From Podospora anserina (lineage: Eukaryota): DNA of 64,000 nt. The stretch is from NCBI GenBank assembly GCA_017654855.1, contig CM030337.1:3286001-3350000 (forward strand), read 5' to 3'. The notes under the pieces were generated by a model, which had not been told where the DNA came from, searched no databases, and worked only from the letters and a program-made list of their open reading frames with translations. Positions 38,707 to 50,684 of the stretch are shown piece after piece. A program made the position numbers and the translations under genes. How positions within the stretch are numbered: position 1 is the first letter of the stretch; every line of letters begins with the position of its first letter.

Positions 38707-40064
38707 TTAGACCTCCACCGCCTTCTTGGCCGACGCCTTCTGCTTCTTCAACCTCGCTTTCCTTTCCGCAATCTCCTTGTCGAGCTTCTCGTCGTTGCTC
38801 TCCGGCAGCACCTTCTTGGCCTTCTTCTTTGGCCTGTCCTCCTTGGCAACCGGTGCCTCCTCGGCAGCTGGCTCAGGCTCGGCATCCAACGACTTGCGCT
38901 TCTTGCCAATGTTGGGCTTCTCGCCCTTGATGAGCTTCTGTTCCCTCTTGCCGGGGAGAGCGCTGGACCCCTCCTGGCCGTTGGGAACAACCTTGCTCTC
39001 GTCCAACCACAACTCGTCCGTCTGGTATACGGGAAGGGCAGCCGTCTCTGGGCCCTTGACGTAAAAGCTGCGGACGTTGCTCCACTTCTGTGGCACAAAT
39101 CTCTCGACCAGCTCCTTGACCACCACGGTGATGTTCTCGGCGATCTTCTCAGGCTCCCACCCAGCGTATCCAACCTTGATGGCGGTGTTGGTAGAGGGGG
39201 TAAGATGCACCAGCGCGGCACCGATGGCCTTCTCGACCTCCTTGACAATCTCGGCGGTGGGACGGGCGTTGGCATTCTCGGTGGGGTCGCGCTTGTTCTT
39301 CTTGACCATGAAGCCCTTGGGAACAGCAACACGCTTGCCGTCAACCTTCTCGCGCTGGGCCATCAGCACCACAGGAATGGGGCGCTTGGTGGTGGTCTTG
39401 AAAAACGTCTTGCCGAGCGCCTTGGGGAGGCGGTTGATGATTCTGTCGTCGGCAAGGAAAACATCGTGCTCGCTGAACAGCTTGCGTTGGGCCTCGTACG
39501 CCTTGAACTTGGCTTTCAAGTGGGTGAGATCGATGACTCTGCTAATCTTCTTGCGAAGCTCCTCGGGGAACTCATCGGCGACGGCGTTCTTGTAGTATCT
39601 CTGGGGATCGGCTGTGATGAGGCAGACGCTGACCTCTTCGCTGGTGTTCAGGGGGTTGGGGAGAGCAATCTTTCCTGGCTGAAGACCTGGGAACTGTTAG
39701 CGCCTGTCGGGCACAGAACCAAGAGTGAGTGAATCATCGACGCTTGGTGCAAGCGTCGGCTTGACTCGCGATGACCGAAAGCCTCCTTTGAGGCCACTCA
39801 TGCCATTGACGGGGCGTGCTCAAGGGATAAAGACATACGGTTGTTCTCGTGAATGTGGTTCTTTGTGGTGAGAGTGAGCCAGACGGGAGTCTCGGCGACG
39901 GTGGTTTCGGCATCAGCGAGGAGGTTTTGCTTTCCGTCCTTGGGCGGGGCGGCGGCGGCCTTCTTGATGTGGGCAACAAGCGCCTTGCAGGCCTTGAGGG
40001 TCTGGTCAGGGTTGACAGGGACCGTGGTCTCGGCCGTCTTGGTGACAGCAGCGGAGGGCGACAT
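38707..40064 (-). CDS. Ribosomal protein L1 domain-containing nucleolar protein (Utp30/Cic1-like); one intron ~39688-39838
   Basis: VCLITADPQR, YEAQRKL...HDVFLADDRI...LPKALGKTF; Lys-rich tail. Confidence 0.9.
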
Positions 40065-40875
40065 TGTGAGGTGATGATATGGACAGCGGCAAGAAGGTTG
40101 TCGTCGGTCGTCGCAATCCAGGTCGGCTTCTGTCTCTTGCGACGGCGATAACTTTTTTCTGGGTCCTCCAAGAATTTTTGGCGGTCGGAGGGCAGGATTT
40201 TCCGCTTATCTTATCAGCGAGATCTGTGCCTGCCGGGACACCCCTGCTCAGCCCAAGAATAAGGTAGGTGGGGCTGATGTGGGGCGTTCGTTTGTGGTTG
40301 CTTGCAGCTGTTGTTCCAGATCTCTGGTTCTTCAGGTGCTTCCGTCCAGATGACGATCCAGGAAATCTCATGATTGGTTCTGTTTGTTTACTTACTCTTC
40401 CATCGCACGAGGCACTTCAAGAACTGTTCCTAAGACGATTTATCCATTTGCATCTTCTATTCGAGGCCATTTTCTTCAGACATACAAATAATACATACAT
40501 CACCCTAAAAGCATTCCGTTCATTTCGTTCCCTTAGCACCTCCTCATCGTCCTCGTCCTCTTCCCCCATCGTCAAGCCAGATGACGACGCCAATCCGTCA
40601 GCGAAGCCATCAACCATCACCCCCCTACGATTAAAAACCAAATTGTACACGGAAACAAAACGCCTTGCGCTATGCGAATATCCTGGAGCAAATACAGCGC
40701 TACAAAGTGACGACCCCTAATATGAGACAGACGAAGAAATGGGGTATGGGGGTATGTGAACAAGGTGTTTCCGTTTTCCGTCGCAACAAGAACTCCGCCA
40801 CCGCCGCCGATAGCCGATACGAGAGAAACCATGGATCAAAAAGGTGAAATAATGTGACATGTTGTAGTGAATAGT

Positions 40876-42467
40876 TCAAGGAGTCTTGGGGCGCTTCCAA
40901 AAGTATTGCTGACCTCATGTTAGTCATGTTGACAAACTGAACAGTACGATTTGGGGGGGCTTACTTTGTGCTGCTTGCGGCAGTTTCTCAAACTGGGCTT
41001 CCGAAGGCCGTCCGTCACGGCCAGACGGCGATGTTCATCACTATCCTTCTCAGGGATGTAGTAATACTCGCTTTCCAGAGGCTTGCCGGCCGCGTCCTTG
41101 CCCTGTCTACGGATGATGCCGACCGCCGCAGTGCCCTCAATAATAACACGGAGCTGGTCCTTCTTCAAGTCCTTCTTTTCGGCAGCAGGAAGATTGGTCA
41201 TGATGGTGGTCAAAGGAGTCGAAGAGAGACGAGAGAATGCAAGCTGGTTGACCACGTGGTTGGTGATGTTGGCCTTCTGTTCGTCACTAAGACCGCTCAA
41301 CAAATCCTCGGCCTCGTCCTCAGAGATGGGCTCCATTCTCTCCTGTGTTCTGCCGGCCACATCGGAAAGTGGGTTACGAGACACACGGTGTCCCCGAGGA
41401 GAGTTGGCCGAGAAAGAGGCAAGGCGGCTGTTGAGGTTGGCGCCAAAGGGACCGAAAGAGTGAATGATGGGGTCATTCTCCTCGTCTGCATCGTTTTCCT
41501 CCTCCGATTCGGGCTCGCTTAGGTCGCTGGACAAACTTGGAGCAGCTTGTGTCATGAAGCTCTCCTCGGCAGCGTCGGTCAGTCTCGGCAATTCTTGCTC
41601 ATCAGCACTGGCATCCTCATAGATCTGCACCGCGTCGGCATGCTCGTTATCAACAGCCAACAACTCGTTGAGGCTCGCGTTTGCCCTGGACACATTGGCA
41701 GGTGTGGGTGACTCGGGACTACCGATGCGCACCGACCTTCTAAGAGGACTACCATGAAGCTCCGAAGCACCTGCCACCCTGCCAACTCTTGGGCGAGGAG
41801 ACTCATCCCAGGATGAATCGCTGAGCTGACCCAACACGTCACGTTCCTTCTCACGACGCGGCCATTGTACCAATACTCTCGCATCGTGGACATCGATCAT
41901 GATGTCAGCACCTTCGGTCTCCGAGGTGAAGGAATCACCCTTGGCCAACTCCCATGTCTGCCCCTGGCAGTGAAGCTTTAGGCCGTTCCATCCATTGCAT
42001 ACAATCTCAATCTTGTTTGGCTCGAGGGGCTCTGCGGCGGCGATATATCGCGCCTTGACGTGTACTCTGCTGATTAACCGGTTGGCCGACAGCTGATAGT
42101 GTGAAGAATTGCTCGATCGTCCCATCAACAATGTCTCCCCGTTCTCGTTGAGGTCCACAGAGCGGACATCGCACAGTGGAGCACGCTCTGTGACGCTTGA
42201 CCTCGACTGTGGTCTTGGAGGAGCCGGCCGGTTTCCGAAGCGTGGGGGACTGGAGGAGAGGATGCCGGTGCTCGATGTTGGTGCCGGAGTGGGATACTTG
42301 AAGAAGGCTGATGCTGTTGCCTGCCGCTTCGATGGCCTTGGGAGACCTGGTGATGAGGAAAGGGGTTCGAATGCAGGGAGCAAGGAAGGTGCAGGCCGCT
42401 TCACGCCCTGGAGGGTGGGCAGCGAGGGCTCCCGGGTCTTGGTGAGGGCGGAAGGAGAGGAGTCCAT
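40876..42467 (-). CDS. TOS4: FHA-domain G1/S transcription regulator (Tos4/Plm2-like); 3' intron
   Basis: YPTPAPTSSTG, GRSS...ISRVHV, NG, GKDAAGKPLESEYYY.PE.D.D..R, LRNCRKQHK/QYFWKRP. Confidence 0.88.
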
Positions 42468-42598
42468 TGTTCGTGTTGTCTTGATCTTGGTTGGCTCACG
42501 TCTTGATCGTGACAGGTTTACGGAGTAGCTTTTGCAAAGTTGGGAGTGGTGGTGAGGTTGGAAAAACCTTTGCTAGCCGTGTCCTGGAAGTGGAAACC

Positions 42599-43475
42599 TC
42601 GCGTGTCCAGATTGAGGCGCGTCGAAGTGCGGTCTTTTCCACCTGCAGAACCCGCCTACCAAATCGCGATGTTCCTTGTAAGTCGGTCCAATTATGGGTG
42701 AGCTGCTGTAGCTGACAATGACGAGGACACCAAGGGATAATAGAAAGGAAGAGAATAGAAAGCCCATTCACAAAAAGATGGCCTCGTGGAAAGTGACCCG
42801 GGTAGTGTGTAGCTGGGAGGGCTTTGTGGGAAGTGGGGATTTTGGGTATTTAAGAGATGCAGGTTTCGTGTCCCGTCGTCTCACTCGTTGCGGCAGGACG
42901 CGATTTTGTTAATGAGGAGTCCCTGCTGCGGCGGGCGCGTTTTTGGCGTGGCATCCCATGTCGCGTTGTCTGGCTGACTGGCGTGCTTCGGTCCAGCATT
43001 GTCCAGCGCTGATCCCGGGCCATTTGGTGGCTTCAGCAGGTTCGAGGTCCCCTATGGAGTATTTACCGCCCTTGCACAGCGGTTATGCATCAGTACAATC
43101 TGATGACATACAGGGGGGGTTTGAGTGGCAGAATTCAATCCCAGCTTTAAAATCCGATGGATTTAGATTGGATAAGGTAGATATCTCCCTACAGTTAGAT
43201 GAACATGTGGGGGCTCTTTGACAATGACTTTCTTTCTACATGGACGGTTTGTTATTTGTTTTCCCCTTCTTCTTCTTCTTGTCCATCCTCATCCGCCTTT
43301 TCTCTCTCGCTCTCGCCAACGTTGGCCCATGTTTCCGCTACTGCAGCAACGCAGAAAAAAGCCAGCCTCCTCCCCCACCTCAGGTTGCTTAAGAGCTCCG
43401 CTCCAACAATTTTCCAGGCGCGTTTTTTCGCACCTCCTCTGCCCGAGGCACCCACCCCCATATAAAGTTTCGCGA
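42599..43475 (-). promoter_or_regulatory. Cluster of MCB/SCB-like CGCG elements upstream of the Tos4-like gene
   Basis: CGCG cores in ACGCGA/GCGCGT/TCGCGT/TTTCGCG contexts at ~42599, 42617, 42664, 42898, 42935, 42961, 43418 and 43468. Confidence 0.6.
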
Positions 43476-44506
43476 TCCAACCCCACCATGGCTGGATGTT
43501 CCCCACAGCTAGATTATTGAACTTTATTAATATTCTAGGCCTGAACATTTTTTGTTGGTGATGTTGTGGAAATAGACAGTTTCACTGGAGCAAAAAGACG
43601 TTCACCTAACCCACGAGTTCTGAAGCTTGGGACGAGCTTTGGCATGTGAGCTCATCTCTTTTAGAACCCGCATGTTCCCTGTTCTTGTTGTGCAGTTTGG
43701 AGTTGGATCACCGATCGGGGTGTGCCGAGGATAGATAGGTAGGTAGCCAAAAGGATTCCGATGGGTTGATAAGATAAGTGTTGAGGAGTCTCATGAATGT
43801 GCCTATTGGGCTTGTAAGCTCGTATCTTGAAGAGGAGCCTCTCAAAAAACCACATCGGCCATGAAGTTCTTGTCATCATTGCTCTCAACGCTACTGTTGC
43901 CCAACAGCTCGGATCCCGGAGCAAAGCATGAGACACTGTGTATATGTATAACCATGCGTCATTAACCAGCTGGTCAATATTCGGAATCCAACACTTGCAA
44001 CAACCAGAGAGCTGCATGCTGTAAGGAATGCTCGCATGTCGTGACACTCGGCCATGGTCATGCCGCCTCTCACCCACCTTCGCAATCTTCAGAAATTAGG
44101 CCCATGATGTCTCTCCATGACGCAACCCACAGCATGTTTGTGACCGTTACACCCGTTCATCCCACAGCAGACACAGCAAACTTAATTTCAAATACACTTT
44201 CCACCCCGTCATACCACAGTATGCGCATAAAATACGTATTCGGGGTACTCCCATGCCTACTCAATAACTAAAACAAAAGGTGCCAAAGACTCGGACCTTT
44301 GCCTGATTGTTTCCCAACCACTGATTCCTGACGCCTATTCCCAAAGCGAAGGAAAATACAAACCCTGCCCCTATACACAGTAAATGACTCCCTTCATCGC
44401 TGTGCTCTTCCCAGCTAGGTACCCCATAATTACCCTTATCCATCCATGATTCATACCCAGAGTTCCGTGTTCCTGACGCGCCCTTCCTAAAAAATAGTTC
44501 AATCCC

Positions 44507-45643
44507 TTACAAGTCGTTGCCCATATCAGACTCAACTTCTCCGCCTCTCGAAGCAGGACGACCCTCTGACCTCCCGCCACTGCCCATGTCAAACTCTTCG
44601 TCTCCAACGTGCGAAGCAGGACGGGGATCCGACCTCCCCTTGTGCCTATTCAAAGGCCCAAAGAAATCCCCAAATGCCTCTGTCAACAACTCATCCGACA
44701 ACTGCATGTGATCCCCAGGCGCAGTCCTGAACTTCAGCCCGCCCTTGCGATCCAGCTCCCTCAATCCCAACCAATCCTCCGAATACAGCTTCCTCGCACG
44801 CAAAGGTGTAATCTCGGTGCCATTCACATCCTCAAACCACGACGTCTCCTTGGGCACCACCGTCGTGTCCTCGTCAAACATGTACATGACAAAGTTCTCC
44901 AGCTTCGCAATGTTCTTCTTGTACGTCTCGTTCTTGATCGACCGCTCGTTGTTGATATCCGCAAGGAAGTTGGAATGCTCGAGGTACTTCTCGTATTGTT
45001 CAGGATCGCGGAAATACTGCGCGGGGACCAGCTTGCCCTGGACCGTGGGGGACCAGGGATTGGTCCCTAGGACGGCCATGGCGAACCGGCAGATCCAGTC
45101 GTTCGTCTCGCAGTCTCTAAAGCGGGTGATGCCGTTGTGCTGGGAGCCGAAGGTGATCAAACTTCGGACGGGGGGATTGTTACAGCGCTCGACGTAGCCG
45201 CGGAGGAACTGGCCGCCTTGGGAGAAGCCCACGGCGTCGATGGCTGGGGCGGTGGAGAGGATCGGGTGGGCGGCGATGTCGACGCACACTTTGGCTAGTT
45301 GCTCGGTGACGTTGCCGACGAAGGAGTCGTAGCGGTCGCGGTTGCCGGCGTCTTCGATGCGAATGGGGTAGACGAGTGTGCCGGGGTTGACTGACTCGGC
45401 GAGGTCGGCTACCTGACGCATGCCATCGGCGTTGTAGGCGTCTCCGAGACCTGGTTCGAAGGATAGTTAGCTGAAGATGGTCAATCAATGGAGCGAGCTG
45501 CGGTACTCACCATGCCAGATCACCACTGGCAGCGGGGTGTCATCATCGTCGTCATCTTCAAAGCGACTGACGGGGCTGGCAAACGTCGTCGCAAGCAGCG
45601 ACCCGGCTGTGAACAACAGCCGCAAGTGGTTTTTTATCGCCAT
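44507..45643 (-). CDS. PPT1: Palmitoyl-protein thioesterase 1; intron ~45451-45510
   Basis: Signal peptide; PLPVVIWHGLGD, GFSQGGQFLR, GSQHNG, AQYFRDP, SNFLADINNE, GDHM. Confidence 0.93.
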
Positions 45644-46314
45644 GATTTCGAGACTCCACGTGATAGAATACAGTAATGGCGGAACGACAGATTGAATGAT
45701 CGCGCACCAGCAAAATAGTCGAAGGCGATGGGATTAGCGCATCAGCTTGGTGTTGGTTGGGAACAAACAGTCCAACAGGGTGCCTGAGAGAGCGACACTC
45801 GAATGCACTGCCAAGTCAATGGCTGCAGGGGTCAATGCTCCCCCACCGATGGCGGGGGTGGTGATCTCATTGGCCAGTGCCCCCACCTCCCTTCTCTCTT
45901 CAGTTGATCCTGGCAGGGGCCCCCCACATTCTTCCTGTCTTGCTCAATCATCGATTCTGGCCATCACTCCCAAGACATACTTCTATCGACAGGTAAGCCA
46001 CTGCCTTTCTTCTTTTGCAACACGAGTATGGACTTTTGCTATGACGATATCTGGTTATTTTCAAACGTTTCAAGACGGGGCTCAGACACATTGTCGATGC
46101 CGATATTGAACCATGCTGATGCTTGTTGCTCTTTCTTATCGCCCAATTATCGCTATCATTCAACAAGAGTTGCTAACGCTGTAACGGATTCACAACATTT
46201 TACCCCAGGAACAATAGGAGCAGACGTGGTCTCCAATCTTGAAATCCCATCCCGCCTCGCATTCAACACCAAGTCCGATGCCCTGTTCCCGCTACCGTCA
46301 TCGTCCATTACCCC

Positions 46315-46842
46315 TCACTGCTGCGCTGCCCCGGCAACAGAAGAAGTCCACTTCGCCCGCTTGCTCGTCGAAAGCTCAACAGTAGGCTTCCAGTCAATTC
46401 TGCCTCGAGTCAGCAACTTCCACGTGCTTGCTTTCCAATAGAATAAACATACCCCCCATCCAACACCGGTGTCCGAACCAATAGCTGCTTGAGCTGCTTC
46501 CAATGCTCAGGGGCAGTCCAAAGCGTAACCCCGCAAGACTTGCAAAACATCTTGTCTTTGGGCTTGCCGCTGTCGGTATTCTTGAAGGTGAAGGTGGTGA
46601 TGAGCTCTTTGCCCGACTCAATGTCGATGTTCTCTTCTGGGAAGGCCACCATCTGTTTTGGTGTTAGCCATCGCTCAAAATGTGTTTCAAGATTTTGAAC
46701 TTACCACCTGGCCCAGCCCGCCAGCGCCTTTGCTGCAATGGCCGCAATAACATGTGCATACCGGATCAATAGGCTCAGCAGAGATGGTGAAGCGGATGCC
46801 TCCCTCTTCGCAGAGGCACTTTCCGGTGTACTTGGCCGACAT
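46315..46842 (-). CDS. GFA/Mss4-like (CENP-V) zinc-binding protein; two introns
   Basis: YTGKCLC, CYCGHCSK and FCKSCG motifs joined by canonical introns. Confidence 0.85.
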
Positions 46843-48779
46843 TCTGCTGCGGTGTGTTAGTGAAGTTGGAGTTTAGGACCTGGTTTGGTGGAGTTTGATG
46901 TGAGGGGTCGAGAGATGTTGATGTTTTTGAAGTCTTACATGACCCCCTTTTTGTTACCCCAAATCTTTGCTTGATTATTGATACGAATGGCACTGGGGCT
47001 TACTAAGAAATGCGCCCTTCAAATAACACCCCTTGACTGGGGTTGGAGCACATGCTTCGGGATTTCTTGCAGCCTATCTCCGTGTCATACCAAGAGCCGC
47101 CCCTCCTTCTTTAGTGTCGATGATTCTTTGGTTGTGCATGATGTATAGCTTGGCGCTAAGACACGCCCAACGCTGGATCGTGTGTGCTTTATCGTTACAT
47201 GGTGTGAATAAGCAGTCTTGAAACACCGATGTTGGCTGTTTCTTTCTGCCAGACATTAATCAGCCTAGAACACAAGAATACCTAGACGCCTATGATTGTC
47301 AGCACCAAAGGTGCTTACAAGTTTCCACGATGCTGGCTGTACAAGTTGCCGAAAATGTAGGTTTGATAATTGTCTCTCTTGAATCTCTTGCAATCATACA
47401 TGCAAATTCAGACATGACTCGCCCCAAAATCCTAGAGGCACCTTTTCTCAATCCAGCAACGCATGCATGAAATCCTTTTCCTTTTGAAGCACCATGGAAA
47501 GTAAGCCGAGTTCCTGAAGATTAGATGTAGTAAAGTATATGTTTAGCTTCTACGTTCGTACCGCTGATATCCCCTAACTGCCCACAATAACAACAACATC
47601 CTGCCCTGTTCTATGGGTACTAATACCTTTGACTCGTCGTCATGCTTCGAGAGCACATGATCACCAAAAGGCGTTTTGAGATTCCCTACTTGATCATTAC
47701 CCTAATCAAGAAGCCACCACTCACTCCCACAAGAGAGCAGAGATAAGCACGACTGGTCAACCAGGGGCATCGATAAATAATGCAAATACCTATCCTCGAA
47801 AAAGTCTGGACCTAATACATCGGTGGATGGTCCGAAAAGGCTTGAAGGGAAAGTTCAACAATTCCCCAGTTGGTGTGTCTTCATGCCAGCACACCAGCCA
47901 ATATGACAATAGGTAAAAAAGGCTTTGTTTCTTTTCCTTAGCCGAGCACAGCATGTAGCCTGTCAGTAGATCTAGCCCTTCATTTACACGGAACGTGGCC
48001 GATTTGGAAGAATCCGTGTAGGTATAAAGTCTGTATTGAAAGATGGTGACGAGAAAAAGAGAAACACGTACATTAAGTAGGAGTCGAGTCCCATAACCAC
48101 ACGTGAGGAAAAAAGCCACCTCGTTACAACCATCAAAGCTTACTACGCCGGTCTCGTATTCCTCAAGCTATATAGGCCAGTGGTACAAAGGTTATGAAAC
48201 CGAGATAGATCTGTATCAGCAGGTCTAGCCAGAGCTTGCACACAATGCCATGCAATATCTTTTACAAAGTCAAACAGCATTCGCTTCATTTTGTCCGCCC
48301 CCATCAGCAAAACAAGATCACCTAAATAAATTTGGGCAGCATGTGTTCATATGATTTGATTGTGATGTTACAAGCACATGTACAAAGCCAAAATCCCCCT
48401 TATCATCATCCTCCACCATGCCAGCCACGCGGGCGACTGTCCATAACATGATACCAATTTTCTCCACACAAGCCTCTAACTCCACAACGTGGAGGAAACA
48501 AACCAAAGTAGAAAAAAAATAAACTTTGTTCTGTACAAAGATTTCGACGTAATATATGCCCACTTGAAACGAAAAAAGAAAAGTATCATCCAACACAAAC
48601 ATGCAAACATGGATAGATAGGTAGGTATGCTCGCTCATCAGTCCCCCGTCCCACAGGCGGCTGCCAGCCTGCCATCACCACACATGAAAAAATGTCATAA
48701 AAACTCCCCAATAGCAATGCATGCAACCTTTCTTGTTGTGTCTCCCAAATTAAACCGTTCTTTTATTCTCCTTTGTCGT

Positions 48780-50684
48780 TTAGAAATCCCAAAGCGTTCC
48801 GAAGGCGTGGAGTCCGGCTGTTGTCATGTTAGCTTCTTTGCTTCTCTTGTGACCTCCTTGGAAGAGGTAAAAACTTACCCTCCAAGCACCCTTGCATCAT
48901 CTCATCGTTACCCGCCTTGTTCGAGGTGATGAAGATAACCTCAGCCCCAAAGCTGTGCCACACATCCTTCAGCAGCTGCACGCTGTCTGGCCTGCCTCCC
49001 CTCTTCTTGGTGTCCCACAAGATCATCCTCTCCGGCTCGATGTTGTCGTGGATCAACCGTGAGATTGTTGGGCCGAAGGTCTTCTCCTGATCCGAGCCAA
49101 TCCAGATGAGGAACCAGTTGGGGCTCTGGATGCATGTTGAGAGAGCGGCGCCAATGCCAGTACCGGTGCAAACTCTGATGCCGCGCTTGAACATGGCCGA
49201 GGCGTGTCCAACACCAGCTGTTCCTTGTTAGTCTTCGCCAACGTAATGTAAAGAGAGCAAAAGGGAACATACCAAACTTGAGTTCACGGGTCCACACTGT
49301 CTTGGGCGGGTTGTCAACAAGGGACTTGGTGAAGTCGCCCTGAACGCCGCAGATGAGATAATGACACCCGCTCTTTCTCCCCTCACTAATGATGCCAAAA
49401 GCATGGTACTCCATGATGGACGTCCTGCTGATTCTAGCCAACAGACCCTGCTGCATACCGCGCTGGAACTTGAGAATGGCCACCTTTGGTGATGGAATCT
49501 CGACCTCGACCGGAACTTCGCGAAGGGTGACCCATGGGATGAGAACACTGTAGCCATGTGTTAGCTCGACCGGCACACAAAGATAAAGGGGGAGGTGGTA
49601 AGCATACAAGACTGTCATGAAGACCGCAAACCAAAGCTCCTGTGTGGAGATCAAAGAGTGCGCATCCAGCCTCCACTCTCCAAGCTTCAAGTCGTAGGCA
49701 TTGCCGAGGACGACGAAGATCCAGGTAGTTGCCAAACCCATCCAACCAATCAACCTATGATGTCCCTCGAACACGTTGTGGTGGTTGTTCCTGACCCAAG
49801 GAAACGCGCTCAAGATACTGATCACAACCAGCACATTGGTGATGATACCAGTGGCGATCACGGAAGGGTGTTGCTTGGCATGGTGAATGAGGATGTCGAC
49901 GATCTTGTAGAGAAGCCAGCTGTGGTACAAAATTAGCATGTTATCACCATCGACTGAGCAGGAGAGAGACGTACCATGCTCCAGACAGGGCACATCCGGA
50001 GTGAATGCCACCAACGTGCTGCAAGATCGAAGTTACAGCGAGCTTGAGCCAAATGGGGGCCCACTGTTCGATGTACTAGTCAGTGATTTTGGTCTCTTGG
50101 CATGATCGTCAACAGGGTTGATGACTTACACTCTTGAGCCCGTAAATAGAGATGATGTACAGGAACCGGAGGAACAGTTCATTTCTCATCAGGATGGCCA
50201 TCAGCAGGTTACCCAACACCAACGCGCCCAGGTGGTTTGTGGCGTATTCGAACTTCCCGATAGCAGCCATCAAGATACCGATCAGGTTAAGAGTCACCAC
50301 AATGGTGAAGAACTTGCGGTAGGTGTTGTACCACAGTTGAAACAGAATCCATCGGCTGACTTTTCTCTTTGGCTTCGCTGGTGGCTTGCCATGCGGCTTC
50401 TTGAGATCATCGCTGGCGGGAGAGGGCGGTGAGTTGCGCGAGGCAAGAGTGAGGACTGGTGTGGAGGAGGATGGTGTGATACCCTCATGAATGGGAGATG
50501 TTACCGGTGTTGGCTGAACTGTCTCGACCTGCTGGATTATGGCTTTCTCATCAACAGAGTAAACTGGTGATGGTGGGGTAGGGAGGACCGGTAAAGACTG
50601 TTGGGAGGCTTCGTAGATACCCTTCTCGGCGTCATCGTAGGACTGGGCGGTCGTGTCCCCGACGTGGTTGTTCCTCGACGACAT
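48780..50684 (-). CDS. TmpA-like integral membrane flavoprotein (ferric-reductase-like); several introns
   Basis: YRKFF, GNLL..IL.RNE, GGIHSGCA, HN.FE..HR..GW, EYHAF, GDFT, TGTGIG, C-terminal AFGTLWDF. Confidence 0.85.
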
